A DNA stretch of 64,000 nt from Marsupella aquatica. Taxonomy: Eukaryota > Plantae > Marchantiophyta. The translations under genes were made by a program, and so were the position numbers. The notes under the pieces are model-generated. The model searched no databases and was not told the DNA's origin. It saw nothing but the letters and a program-made list of their open reading frames with translations. Below, piece by piece: positions 46,792 through 60,100 of the stretch. The stretch spans positions 32,189,208 through 32,253,207 of the forward strand of contig OZ316891.1 in NCBI GenBank assembly GCA_973895155.1, written 5' to 3'. Position 1 is the stretch's first letter; every line of letters starts with the position of its first letter.

Positions 46792-49700
46792 TGTGGTGTG
46801 TCCCATGGCTCCCTAAACCCAAGAAACCCCCCAGCTCAAGCCGATTCCCGCAGGTTTCGTGCTTGGCGAGGCCGTTTCCGCGGCTTAGCGGCATGGGACG
46901 CTGCTAACCTTCTACTACTACTATTAACATTTTACACACATATACTGGACAGATCCTTCATCGGGTCATGAGATACGTAGCCGGCCTAATATAGACCTTC
47001 CCCTGTCTTCCCCTGTCTTCCCCTCCGTCTTGTTAGGTATGTTTGGATTCCGCCGCCGGAATGATCCCCAATAGGCTTGGTTAAGCCGCTAAGACCTCTC
47101 TTAGCTCGACACATCCAACTCTCACTCCCCTGCTTACTTTCCTTCCTTCTGTTGATGTGGGCACTCTTCACACAAGTTAATGCGACACACAAATAGCAAA
47201 ATGACTCATTCTGACTGAGTCATACCATGCACTTGCCATACAAACAGTACATCTCATACACAAGTTCTGCGAACTAAGCCGTGAGGCCAACTCTATTCAG
47301 CTCTTAGGCATGAGGAAACATGAATATACACAAGGGTCACTGTATGACTAACCGAGAGCTTCTCGTACTACTTGATCCCAGCCCGGCTGGTGCAAACTAA
47401 AAACTTGCTAAAGAAGAGGCCCTGAGCTCCCCGCTGCCCAGGTACTTATCCTGGTAGTGGATCCGCCATTCTTTGCATCGTAAGCCTAATCTACCTGACA
47501 GTAATCTACTTGCCCGAATCTACCTATGTACAGCAAGGCAGGAGCACAAGTGTTGCTCCTACCAGTGGGACCGCAATCCCACTAAGCTAAGTGTCAGGGC
47601 CGCTCCTGGTTCTGATCCTAATCCTAAACGTGGAGATCCACGCCCGCCCTGCCCACTCACGCCTCCTCCCTCCACGTCCGCCCTCCCTAAAAGGAACGAC
47701 GCCCTTGCACCGTCACGACACCGGTGGTGGATCCTCAATGGACGCCCCCAACACTTCCTCCTCAGCCACTGCCGTTGGCCCGCCTACTGACAGATTACCT
47801 GCCCTTGACCGAGTCAACTCTCCATCGGCCTGACTGGGTCCACCTTCGGCCTCAGCCTCAACACCGGCCTTGGCAATACCCACGGCTTCGGCCTCAGCCA
47901 CTCCAACGGCTTCGGCTTCAGCCACTCCCTCGGCTTCGGCCTCCCCTTCCCCTAGGGTAGTTGGATCCTTAGCCGTGACCCTGTCTGGGGTCGGTGCTGG
48001 GTCTACCTCCTTGATCACCACGGCCTATGAAGTCGTATTACTCCTTGACCCTGAAGGTGTCCGCTTCTTCTTCGTTGGTGGCTCGGCAGCTGGTCCCTTC
48101 CCCTTCCCACTTACTTCCGGCACTGGTGCAGGTGGCGTGGCTTGTCCTTCGGCAATTACCACCCCTGGTAACTGGTTTGTCCCAACGGGAGATGGACCTG
48201 CTGCAGCTAAGCATTTAAATACTGCGGCTTGTTTCTTCAGCCGCTCTGTTCAGTTGTCGGCCCGCCGCTGTAGGTTCTCCATCTTCCTCGTGATTTCCTC
48301 CAACTCCTCTTGGGTTTCATCCAGGTCCTTACGTGCCCCCTCCAGCTCGTTTTTGGCCTCCTCCTGCTCCCTGTGGGCTTCCTCCAATTCCTTCTTCAAG
48401 GTAGCCCTCTCCTCCTGGGTTGCTCTTAGCTCCTTGTCGAGCTTTGCAATGATGACAGACTCCATCTGGTTCATCTTGGCGTAAGTCTGTTCGAGCATCT
48501 CGTCCTTCTCCCTTAGGTCGGCCTTGAAGCTGGCCGTCAGGGACGCAAGCTCCTGCTGCAGCGCCATAATCCCTTGATAGGATTTCCCTAACTCGACCTC
48601 CTTCTGCTCAAGGGCTCCGCGGATTTTCTCGAGCTCCCCTTTCAACGCCCATTCCTTTCTTTGGGTCTCCGCCATGGCCCGGCTGTTGGCTGTTATGTGG
48701 GCCTCCTCTGTATTCTTCAGCTCTTGCTTCCACTTCTCCCTCTCTTTGATCGTGTCGGCCAACTCTTCCTGCGTCTGAGTCAGTTTATCCTTGATATTCT
48801 GATTATCAGCCTGCGCGGCGTCCAACTGCCCCTGCATGATGTTCAGCTCATGTCGTTTAATCCGCAGTTCATCTTGGGCTTTCTTGGCCGCCCTTAGATC
48901 TTCAATCTCGGCTTCCATCCTCCTAAGCCGCTGAATGACCTTGTCCTTCTTGCTTCTCTCTAAAGCCACCGCTTCTTCTAATTGGTGCTTCTCCAACTGC
49001 TCCCTATGGAAAAAGGGTCCTACCTCCAACTCCTCTCCAAAGATGCCGAGCGCAAGTTCCCCACACATCTCACCATACTCCATGGCTCTATTCTTAGCGT
49101 AGGTGGAGTAAGTAGAAGTGATCGGCATCGCCCATCGTGGCCTCTGCTCCCAAGCCGTCCTGCGGATCTCTTCAATCGTGGCTAGAGGTTTGCTTCCTTT
49201 TTCGGCTAGCCGCCTGATGTCCTCCGGCCAATCTCCCCCTGGTAAATCCTTTTCCTTAGCCAGGGCGGCCTCTTCCTCCTGCTTGATTCGCTCCTGAAAT
49301 TCCTGCACCGTCTGTTTTATGCCGTCGAAGCTCGGGGGAGCAACATCTGGTGGGGGAGACTCAGGGCTACTCTGCTGGTTGGGGTCCCCTCGCACTACCC
49401 TTGGAAGTGTGGGGACAAACCGGCCACAGGTCCTTACTCCTGGAACGTGATGGTCCGACCCATAGCCAGAATTATCATGGCTGCAGTCCTCCACTGCCTC
49501 CTCTACCTCTTGGACGTCCGGCTTCTCCCTCTCCTCTTCGTCGGTAGGAGCTTCAGGCAATTCTGCCTCAGATTCGGAGCTTGAGGTTCCCACGTACATT
49601 CGAACACCTGGCTTGGATTCCGGCCTGATTCTCTCCTTGTCTCCAGCAAAGGGGTTTTCTCTTGTGAGCCGGTGTTGGCCTACCTCTGTAGTAGTGTCCT

Positions 49701-51450
49701 GCATTGTTGCCGTTGCCGTTGTTGTTGCCGATGCCGATTTCTTTTCTTTCTCCAGTAGTTTCAGCAGACTCTGCATGCCTGGTTGCTGCATCGGCAAGTC
49801 TTCCTTCCTGGGCCTAAACACCTGCTCGATCGTAGGACTAACAGGTGGTTGAGGCTTCTCAGCCAACGGCCTCGGCGTTGGAGCTTCCTCGGGTGCCCTT
49901 ACCTGCAGGGGAAGTACCGGGGCAAAAGTCTGACTTCTGGCATACCAGCACAACAGCGGCATGTGATAGCCAAGCCGCGATACGCTCCCCATGCCGATTA
50001 CCTGCTGCTCCTCCTTTAAGATCTTCTTCAATTGGTTGAGGAGGTACCCGTTGTAGTCCCGGCTTGGGTCTGGCCTTTCTGCCAGATAGACCTGTGCCTT
50101 GCCGATCTCTGCCCTCGGCAAGTTACAATGCATGGTCACCCGCAAGAAGTCGATCATCTCTCCTATGTGCGGGTTGGTGCAGGTGTTCCGAAAGAAGCCA
50201 TTCTTCGTTGATGGCCCGGGGAACGACCGGAACTCCTTGTCAGGCAAGGTCTTCCTGGTATCAACTTTGGTCTTATTGCCTATCGGCAGGCCAAACACTT
50301 CGGCAATTACCTTGGGAGTAAGATAGAAATCCTTCCCATATATCCTCGTGCAATTGGTCTCGGGTTCCCATGACCCCACGAATTCTAATAGGTCTGACTC
50401 CGGTACCTCCGGCTTCAGCCATGGTAATCTTACAAAGGCCTCCAAGCCGGATCCGGCCATGAAGCCTTGGTACTTCTTGGTCTGCATGGCCGTAAAGCAT
50501 GCATCCTCCTCCCGTGCAAAATGTAGTTGCACCTCCACCGGTAGGGTTGCCGCCCAGCCCTTCCAGGTGTCATCCCTGGTTGGAATGGCCTTGATGGGAT
50601 CGACCTCCTCCTCTTCGGCTTCTCCCTGCCTCCTGCTCTGCTGCTCGGCTGGCTTCTTTGGTGCCGCCGACCTCGTTCTTTTTGCCGGGGTGGCTTCATC
50701 GTTGACGGCTCCCTTCCTCTTCATCTCTGCTGCCGTGGAGGTTTCTCCTAGCACCGTTGCCTGGGTCCACCTTTCCGTGCTACCCTTTAATTCCCAGTGT
50801 ATGTCGTTGCAGTTCTTGATGGCCTCTCGGATCCGCCGACGCTGTCTTTGCAAAACAGAAGATCGTCGAGTTGATTGGAAGTAGGCGTCCACAGGAACTC
50901 GTCCTTGATGAGTTCGCCTCCTAAGAAAGCCATCTTCTGCAGCTCCCACAATCGAGCGAGCTCCTGCCGTTCTCGAGCTGCCCTTTCTGACTCCTCGTCC
51001 TCGTAAGTCTTGATGTACTTAGTTGCCCGTTCGAACAGGCATCCCCAGAAATGTGCCGCTTGATTGACATTGCTCATACCCTCCTTAGGTCGATCATCGG
51101 TATCTACTCTCTTCCCGAGTGCTTGCCTAAGCAGCTGACAGTAGTTGGCCTCCCGTAGTCGTCTGCCTAGTTCGTGCTCGCAAATGAGCCACCATCTCCT
51201 GCAAGCGCTCCTTACCCCTCTCCTCTGCCGGTCCTTCTTCCCGTTGATCCTTCCTAGCCGCCGACGCTTAACGCGCCCTAACCCTAATCGGGTTTTCACC
51301 CTTAGTCTTACCTCCGGCCTCGGCCCGGGTTCCATGGTTGCCCCTAATTGTTTATATTTTCCTTGTTTTGTCACTATACTAAGGTGCTCCTAGGGTGCCT
51401 TCCTGCTTTACCCACTTAACCGGCCGAGTGATTCCTGTCTAGGCATCACA
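46792..51450 (-). repeat. Family B 5' LTR, 4659 bp, with a damaged ORF copy
   Basis: Differs from the 3' LTR by a 24-bp repeat-unit loss (~47900), a 1-bp frameshift (~50832), a stop at 48250 and scattered SNPs. Confidence 0.95.
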
Positions 51451-52550
51451 ACTATTCTCCTCCACACCACACCAAGGTAGCCCACCAAGGACCAAGGACC
51501 AAAGTAACCCACCAAGGACCAAGGACCAAAGTAGCCCACCAAGGACCAAGGACCAAGGTAGCCCACCAAGGACCAAGGACCAAAGTCCAACTAACTACCA
51601 CTCCTACTCAAGCTCCTTCACCTTGTGGTTGCCTGGTCTATTCAACCATCTCCTAGCCGCCCTTGTGCTTGACTTATTCCTGCCTTGTGGTAGCCTCGTT
51701 GAAGCGTTTTTACACTTGGTCGGATTTTGTTATTTGGGAAAAACTATAATTCCCCGGCCCATATTGTACCCATTGCCAAAAATCACCCATAAAGCCAAAA
51801 GGACTTTTGAGTAGATCCATAGATTTTCTTGACATAGGGCTATGTCCTGGTTTACTAAGATCTAAACAAAACCCTATAACCAATTTTCTAAAATTAGGTG
51901 AAGAGGGTTAATTCTTATGTTTTCCAAAATTCTTCTCAACTTTGAGATGCCCCCAAAAAGTAACCAAAGGTAACCAAGTTCTCCCACAAGTTTCCAGGGA
52001 TAGAGTGGACTATATTTAACCTATTTTGCAACTTGGAACCCCTACCTTTTCCCATCAGCTATTTTTCCCGAGACCCGCCATTTGGTAACTTTAAGTTTTG
52101 CCAAAATACTTACAACTCCTAGGTTAAGACCCCACTTGACTTTGTGACTTTTATGTGTGGTCTAGGGACTACCTAGCACCTATAGGGTGAGTCTTAGCAA
52201 AACTTATCACTCAAAAGTATCGGTCATGCCTTTGGCCCGACTTGCCGACTACCATAACTTTTTTTCGCCCTTACCAAATAACTTACTCAACTCTTGATAC
52301 TTCTTAGAGAAACATGTCCTCTCCCTCAATTTATTTCCCTACTCTACTTCCCTAGTTATTAAGTTACCCTAAACCTAACAACTCCGCTAATCACTTAAAA
52401 CTATGTAATTACTACTCCTTGAAAGCAAAAAACTGACGCATTTCCTACTCAAGCCTCCACTGAGCCATTCCACTGTACCAGTAAGTCTCAGAGAACTTAG
52501 CACCTACCTCGCCAAACAAGGTCCAAAATCCCAAGGTTGTAAGGGTCATA
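51451..52550. repeat. Fragment of another LTR-like element with ~27-bp GTAGCCCACCAAGGACCAAGGACCAAR repeats (51471-51590)
   Basis: Non-coding, about four tandem units. It is the sequence that family B inserted into. Confidence 0.45.
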
Positions 52551-52828
52551 CTAACCTCGTAGTCCGGTTCGTTGAGTCCACGTTCCCACCCGGCTAGTCC
52601 TCTTGCTCATGGAGGCCTTGCCCGTCCTGACTAAATCTCGCCACATTTCACTCTTATCCCTTGATAATCTCCTTGTAAAGGTCGACTTGATTTGAGCAGA
52701 AAGGCGAGTGAATGGCAACGCCCGCGAATTCCAAAAAGGTAGAAATGAGCAAATGGCCCACAGCGCCATCGGCTCCTCTCTTATGGAGGTGCCAGGATGA
52801 GCCCGTGCGTGAGAAGGCCAGGCCGTTT

Positions 52829-55800
52829 TGTGTAAGTAGTGAGTAATTCCAAAAGTATAAAGAAACTGGGAATTTTTAAATTTTTTTGAGGTATTTAAAC
52901 TATGTTTACTGCTAACCGTAGAGTAAACTGCATTCCGACTAAACTCTAAGACAATTTACAAGTCGCTAAGTAAACTTCTTATGAGTTTACTAGATTACGG
53001 GTTTACGAGTTGAGTCTGATTACGGGTTTACGGGTTGACGAGTATCGACAATGAGTGTAATTACTGGATTACGACTTACGAGTTGACGACTTACGAGTTA
53101 AGGGTTACGAGTTTGCGGTGTGCGGAGGAGTCTTATGATCATGACGTCTTACGGCTATCTCAATGGATCTTTCTACGGGTTGGGAGTATGCAACGAGAGC
53201 GGCTGAAGCGCAATAGAGAAACGCGCCTTGTTAAGATCTCTTCCACCTCTATCTTATTCCACAATCTTAGTAGCAACTCAAGCAGCAAGAACATCCGGAG
53301 AACCAGCTATGGCAGACCTTGGAGCTGATGAGCAGTACCGCGTTGAATCCCTGGTGTTTCCCAAGGCAGTGTTGGTCCAAATTCCACAGGCGCCCGATAG
53401 CTACGCCAATTTAAGGATGACGTTGCAGCAGCTGGGGTTAGAACTCCTCTTGCATATACCATGGAATGTGGAGTTAGACACATGCTTGCAAGATTTTGTC
53501 AAAGGCACTACTATTTCCCCTGAATTCCATCAAACAATCCAAGCTCGACCAAGTCTGTGGACAGTAGAACAGATTTCTTTTGCCTTCGGTTGCTCATCAG
53601 AAGGATTGGCATTGTATTCCAAGAAGAAGGGCTTGTCATCTCCTTACTTCTCTAGAATCAGAAACCTCACAAATGGATGGAACCTGACTCAGTGCAATTA
53701 CCCCAATCTGAGAATTCTTTTGGAATTTCTAGTACCCATTCTCCATCCAAAAAAGCCAACTATCTGTCCTGTGTCCTTGGCTAACACTATTGTAGCTGCT
53801 CATATGGAGTTATAAAAGTAAATTGGGCCCTACTTTTATTTAACGTTATGAAAGATCAAGTAAGGAGCTTGAAAGCAAGGAGGACTACTTACTTACAACA
53901 TTATCTCTCTCAGCTCTATTATACCTATGACTGTTTACATTTCGAGGAGAGAATAGAAAGGGGATTACTTCTGATCGAGATGGGCATTGAGGAAGAAATC
54001 GATGTAGAAGAACCAGTGGATGCCATTTCCCTGAAATCCAATGATGAGGATATTGATATGGATATAGAAAATGTATTTGTAGGAGATCTTGAAGCTTCGC
54101 CTGAACACAACTTGGAGCTAGTCCAACATCCTTTGAATAACCAAGTGTACTCACGAGAAGTCAGCATGGGAGAACAACCCGTAGCTGAAGAAGATGAAGA
54201 GGATGAAGACCTCTTTGGGCAACAAGAGCATATTGTGGAACCAACTACTGCTGTCATCCTAAGGACCAGCTCGTCCACTCCTTCGAAAGCAGAATCAAAT
54301 CAGCAACTCATTGATAAGTTGATATCTCTTCTCAGTTGCAGTGATGATGGACTCTATGATGCTGTTAATGATTTAAGAATGGAAGCTGTCAGCTTGAAGT
54401 CACCATTCCCTGACCAGTTAAGCCCTATCAGGATGATCTCCCCTAGAAAAATCAACACCAATGGAATATGTGACTTTCACCCTTGCTACTCAACAGGTCC
54501 CTCTTCTAAAATCAAGTGACCCTGTTCCAGTGACAGAAAGTATCAGTTGTGTAGCTATCGTAGATGATCTACTAGAGATACTACAGTGTGAACCTCCACA
54601 GATAACATCTGTGGTCAACAACTTAGTGCAGCAATGTCCAACTGCTACACCTTCTCTTAGTCCAAGTTCCCACCCTTACAGTCCTGATTCCAACTACGAA
54701 CCCATAGAAGGACCGCCCTACAATCAGTCACAGTATGAGCATCCTTATGTTCAAGAGGATCTACCTGAAGATTCTGATCCACCCTCTGATTTTAATTCCA
54801 TTTGATCTTATGATAACTCCTTAACACCGTCACCAAGGCAGGGATTTGAAGATGTTGATACTGCCTTAAGATCCAATCCATACTCAGTAGCAGTTATCAC
54901 CTCGTCTACTCAGACCCCCCGGAATGTTGTTATCGAGAATAGATACCCGAGACCTCCCGAGTTCCAAGTACGTAGGTATGTGGAGACCTGTAAGATTATG
55001 CAGGCCAACAGACCACCGGTTGGAGAGTTCTGGAGATATTACTATATCAAGAAGACGGAGGCCAGTTATATCTTCGACCTCAGGTGTTTTGGGACTTCCA
55101 GGGTGGAGATGACACAATTTGATGAGTTCTGGACTGACTCTCTCTACTTTCGACCTATTCTTGCTATGATGCTACTTCAAGGTGATGTAGAGGTAGAGGA
55201 TCCAGATTTGGTTTTGGCATACTTTGGAAACTTTGCAGCCTATGCCCTGGATTTTGTGGTTTCTTACCTGATGCAAAGTAAGAAGTCTACTGCTCTACAA
55301 CATGATTACATTCCTCAAGGGCCCAAAGTTACCCTTGTTTCAACCAGTTCATTGGCTGAGAAACAGAGGATCTGGAACAATGTCACTACTCAGACCCTAA
55401 CCCACTTCAACCGGTACTTCAGAGATGTCAGATGGAGACTTCGACCTTTCTATTCCAAGATGATGAATAGTGATGAGTTCCTGTATCATTATCCCCAAGT
55501 ATATGCTGCTACCTGTAACAACTATGATGTGATCGGGATGTATAGAGAAGCTCTTCGTATAGATTCATGTTATTTAGTGAAGAGAATGCCTTTGATGTAT
55601 CCTGGGAGACAACTGAGATGCCTACCTTACTCCAGAGGATCCCCACGCCAAGCTGAGCTAATCAAAGTTACACAGAATTGAGCTATTACCCTTGTGGAGT
55701 TACTCGAACCAGAGGACATCCGACAGCAAGCTTGAAGAAGTCTTAAGTTTTTTTTAGTTAGTTTTAAGAGTAGTGCATCTTGTCCAATTTTTAGAAATGT

Positions 55801-56930
55801 GTTCTAGAGCTTTGGAAGCTATCATACTTCTTTAGTGTATAGTCTGTACCTAGGAAAATCTCCTGGAAAAACCTCAGAGTTTTTTGACTTATAGTTAGGA
55901 AGTTAAAAATAGTTGAATTCACTAAGTCTTTAAGAATACCGCATTAATAGTTTACTAGTTTACGAGTATAAGTCATTTACTAGTTACTAGTTTACGAGTT
56001 CAGACAGTCATTTTTCTGACTTTTCACTCACAGTTTTGTAGTTTTAAAATCTTGAGGGGTATGAAGAGGCATGTCTCTTCGACCCTGTGACCTCTCACTT
56101 GGTAGATTTTTACTATAAGATAGCTCTACCACTAGTGTAGTTGATGGTTAAGTTATGCATTTTTGACTTTTCCTTGTGTTAAACTAGTTGATCATGAATC
56201 TATGAGTTCGAGATCAGGTTTAACATTTGGAGAGACTTACCTCCTTGTGTTTTTACCTATGATTATAAACACAGGAAGTAAAATTCCTTTTGTGCAAATC
56301 TTTTGAGTTGTAATGACAGATTCCTTGTTGGTGACTCATTGCAATCTCTTGAGTTCTTAAAGTTAACTCATTGAGTTTATGTCTTAATGAAATTGATGGA
56401 TTTTCTTTTATGTTGCTCAGTACCATCTAAATGTTGAAGTAGCTACCTTTTAGATCTTATCTGAGTACCACTTAGAAAGAAAGGATAAGACGTGTTGACG
56501 GCACTTTAAAAGAGTACTCTAGTAAGCAGTTTAGATCTGAAAAGCAATATGGATTTGAATCCTTAAGTCTTTTCATTTTGACTTATGTTTAAGGAGTAAC
56601 CTTGGAAAATTCCAGACTCCCTTAGCATACTTTGAGATATTTTTCCTTGTGTTTGTTTAATCATTTCCTTTCCATTAATTTATGATTACATGATGTTGAG
56701 TTGTCATTAAAAACCACTCACAGCTTTGGAGCGATCTTCAAAATACCTTAGTAAAGTAATCAATTATGATTACTATGTGTTAGAGAGAGTCTTTAAACTC
56801 TCATTTGTGTTTTTATGTATCAAATCAACCCCATCTTGTTCTTTACGGGAGCGAATACCGAGTTTGAAGACCTTTAAGTGTGTTTTTGGTTTTTCATAAC
56901 AAACTACATTTTGGTCGTTGATAATGAGCT
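52829..56930 (+). mobile_element. Retroelement-derived fragment with decayed accessory ORFs (53309-54805, 54980-55681)
   Basis: GLELLLHIPW..LQDFV..WTVEQISFAFG..TNGW..LLEFLVPILHP..VNWA resembles the LTR-ORF domain. TTACGAG-type repeats near 52980-53110 and 55950-56000. Boundaries are approximate. Confidence 0.5.
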
Positions 56931-57185
56931 GAAGTCGGCGCCTCGGTCCAAGTGTGATTCTTCTAACGGATTTTTACTCCGTCGCCGCCACCGTACCTCG
57001 GTCGCGCATAATAATCCTCCTCCTAAATTTGTAATCATTCAGTCGACTTAACCTACTCCTAATCTATTCATAATGGCAACAGACGGCTATACGTGCTATT
57101 CCACGCTACGGCTATGGTCCTAACAACCGTATAAGACCTAATCTATGACCTGGGTTTGGTTAAGGGACACGTTACCCGTGTCACA
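56931..57185 (-). repeat. Start of family C 3' LTR
   Basis: TGTGACAC on the minus strand follows the PPT GAGTGGGAAGCTA (57186-57198). Left boundary approximate. Confidence 0.7.
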
Positions 57186-60100
57186 TAGCTTCCCACTCAA
57201 GTGTGAAGCGTCCTCGCGAACATCATTACGCTCGTCGTCCTGGTGAAAGTACCTCTTCACACAATCGTAACTAACTCGATTGGGAAAGAGGTCGCCGGCG
57301 TATGTTGATAGCTGGAGGGATCCGTTTGGGTACATCTGCTGGACAATGAAAGGTCCTAGCCAGCATGTGTGTAACTTTCTTGGAAAGTACATGTACCTAC
57401 TGTCATACAGAAGGACAAGATCTCCCGTAGTGATGTCCACCTGGCGCAGTCCCTTATCGTACTGTTTCTTCGTTGCTTCCTGCTTGGCAGCTATGCGTCG
57501 TGATGCCCATAATCTCTATTCTTCTAGACTATCAATCTTATATGCTTGATCGGACAAACTAGCGGCCTCCGGTAACCTGCGGTGGATGCTGATCCGCGGG
57601 GTCTCAACCTCGAACTCGACGGGTACAAGCGCATGTTGTCCGAATACCAAGAAATACGGACTATGGTTTGTCATAGTTTTAAACGCCAAGTTGTACGAAT
57701 AGATCGCCGCAAAAAGCTTGTTGTCCCAGTCCATTTTGTGGGCGGCTACGGTTTTGTTGAGGATTTTTCCTACGATGCCATTAGCCCACTCTGCTAGTCC
57801 ATTACATTTGGGATGATAAGGGGTAGTCTTCCTGTGCTTGACGAGGTAACGGTTAGTCAGTTTTTCCACCGTTTCGTTCAAAAAATGAGTCCTGCGGTCG
57901 CTGATTAATTCCAAGGGAGGTCCGAAAGGGGTGAAGATCTGTTCATACAAGAACCTGGCGGTGGTGGCCGCGTCATCCTTGACCATTGCCCGGGCCTCGA
58001 CCCATTTAGTCGAATAGTTGATAGTAAGAAGGATGTACCGGCAACGCCGACCTCGGGTTATAGGAGTGAATGGTCCGATATAATCGATGCCCCATTTCTC
58101 AAATGGGGCAAGGGGAAAAATTGGGGTAAGAGGATGATTACTCGATCTGCAAGGTTTGCCCGCGCGCTGACACAAGTTGCAACCTCGGATGAAATGGGCT
58201 ACATCGTGATGAAGCGTAGGCCACCAATAACCTGCGTCCAAGATTTTGTGAGCCGTGGTGATCAAGGAAAAGTGTCCTCCTGCCTCCTCCTCGTGCATAG
58301 CTTGCATGACAATGATTGTCTCGTTATAATCTAGGCATCTGCGGATCTTCCCATCGACGCCTTCCTTATGCAGATGTCCGCGTATCATCATGTATGGTGC
58401 GGCCTTGCGCAGGAAGACCGACGCGGCCTCTTGGTTTATGTTACTTGGAATGCGGGCCATTAAGAGGAAGGTGATTAGGTCCCCGTACCACGTTGGTTGG
58501 TCCATTTCCACGCGGAATAATTCTTCATCAGGGAATGCATCATCGACAGGTGCGTCGTCCGATTCCCCTTCAATCCTTGAGAAGAAGTCTGCATTCACGT
58601 GTGCTTTCCCGGGTCGTACCCTGACTTCGCAGTCAAATTCTTGGAGCAACAGGACCCAACGGGCTATTCTCCCCGTCAAGTCTGCTTTGTTTACCATGTA
58701 CTTTAGGCTGTCATGGTCAGTATGGAATACCACCTTATATCCCAATAGATAATGACAAAACTTTTTACACGAGTAGATGATCCCCAAGGCCTCCCGATCG
58801 GTGGGCAAATAGTTTTTCTCTGCCGCAAACAGTTGTCGGCTCGCATAGGAAATGGGGTGGTCGTGTTTTTTGTCGTCCATTTGGCTCAGCACCGACCCGA
58901 TGCAGAATCCAGACAGGTCAACATACACATGGAACTCCTTGTTCCAGTCGGGGGTAGTCAAAATCAGAGCCATAGTTAGCTATTTTTTTAGTTTGTCAAA
59001 GGCTGATATTCGACGGGGAGTCATTTCTATGACCGCGTCCTGCTTCATCATTTCTGTGAGGGGTAGGCTATCTTGGCAAAATCCTGAATGAATCATCGGT
59101 AGTACCCTACGCAGCCTAAGAAGGATCGCACCGCCTTCTGGTCCGCTGGGTAAGGGACATTCATCCACGCGGCCACCTTCTCTTGGTCCACCTCGATCCC
59201 TCGTTTGGATACTCGGTGTCCTAGTAGCACTCCTATTACCCCGAAGAAGCATTTACCCGGGTGTAACTTCAACCCTACTTCTCAGCACTGCTCCAAAGTC
59301 CGCCTCAGGTGTTCTTGGTGTTGAGCGATTGTTCCGAAGATGGCAAAATTGTCTATGAACACCTCCAAAAATTCTTGTAAGAAGTCATGAAAAATATTCA
59401 TAATGATTCGCTGGAACATAGTCGGGGCATTGCATAAGCCAAAGGGCATTCGCCTGAACGCGTAGGTTCCCCACTCCGTTATGAATGTGGTTTTGAGCTG
59501 GTCCGATAGTCTGATCCAAATCTGGTTATAACCCGAATATCCATCTAGGAACGTGTACACCTCATTTCGGGCTACCATGTCAAGGACCATATCCGTGTAA
59601 GGAAGCGGGTAATGGTCTTTCCGAGTAGCGTCGTTGAGCTTTCGATAGTCTTGGCATATTCAAATTTTGGGTTTACCATCAGGCCCTACCTTCTTAGGAA
59701 CCACCACAATGGGGGACACCCATTCACTAGATAAGACGAGGTAGATTATGTCCGCCACAATCAGTTGATCTAACTCCTCCTTTACCAAGATGGAATGTCT
59801 TGGGTTTAGTCTTTGTTGTCTCTCTTGGACGGCATGAGCACCCAAGTTTAGATCAATGACGTGTTCGCCGTAGGCCAGTGAAATTCTGATTAAGTCTCGG
59901 TGACTCCATGTGAAGACGTCCTCATATTCCGATAGGAGTTCTTGGATGGCCTTTTCCTCTGGCGCTCATAGGCCATAACCGATGTTGAATGTCCTCTCCC
60001 TCTTTGTGGTGTATTTGCTAGAGTGTTCCTTGCGGATTACATCCACATGGTCTCTGGTGGCCCGGTCAAGATGGGCCTCCAATTCCTCTAGTCTGGTGCC

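Larger units (their letters stand above)
29384..51450 (-). mobile_element. Ty3/gypsy family B element (non-chromovirus, Athila/Phygy-like) with giant LTRs and a nested copia
   Basis: LTRs 46792-51450 and 29384-34067 (TG..CA), PBS TGGCGCTAGATGGAGGGGG, PPT, and gag-PR-RT-RH-INT order. No chromodomain or second RNase H seen. Confidence 0.95.

Noticed and set aside
30065-51393. Many short plus-strand ORFs opposite the LTR ORFs and pol
   Set aside because: Antisense shadows of GC-rich coding sequence with no independent motifs.
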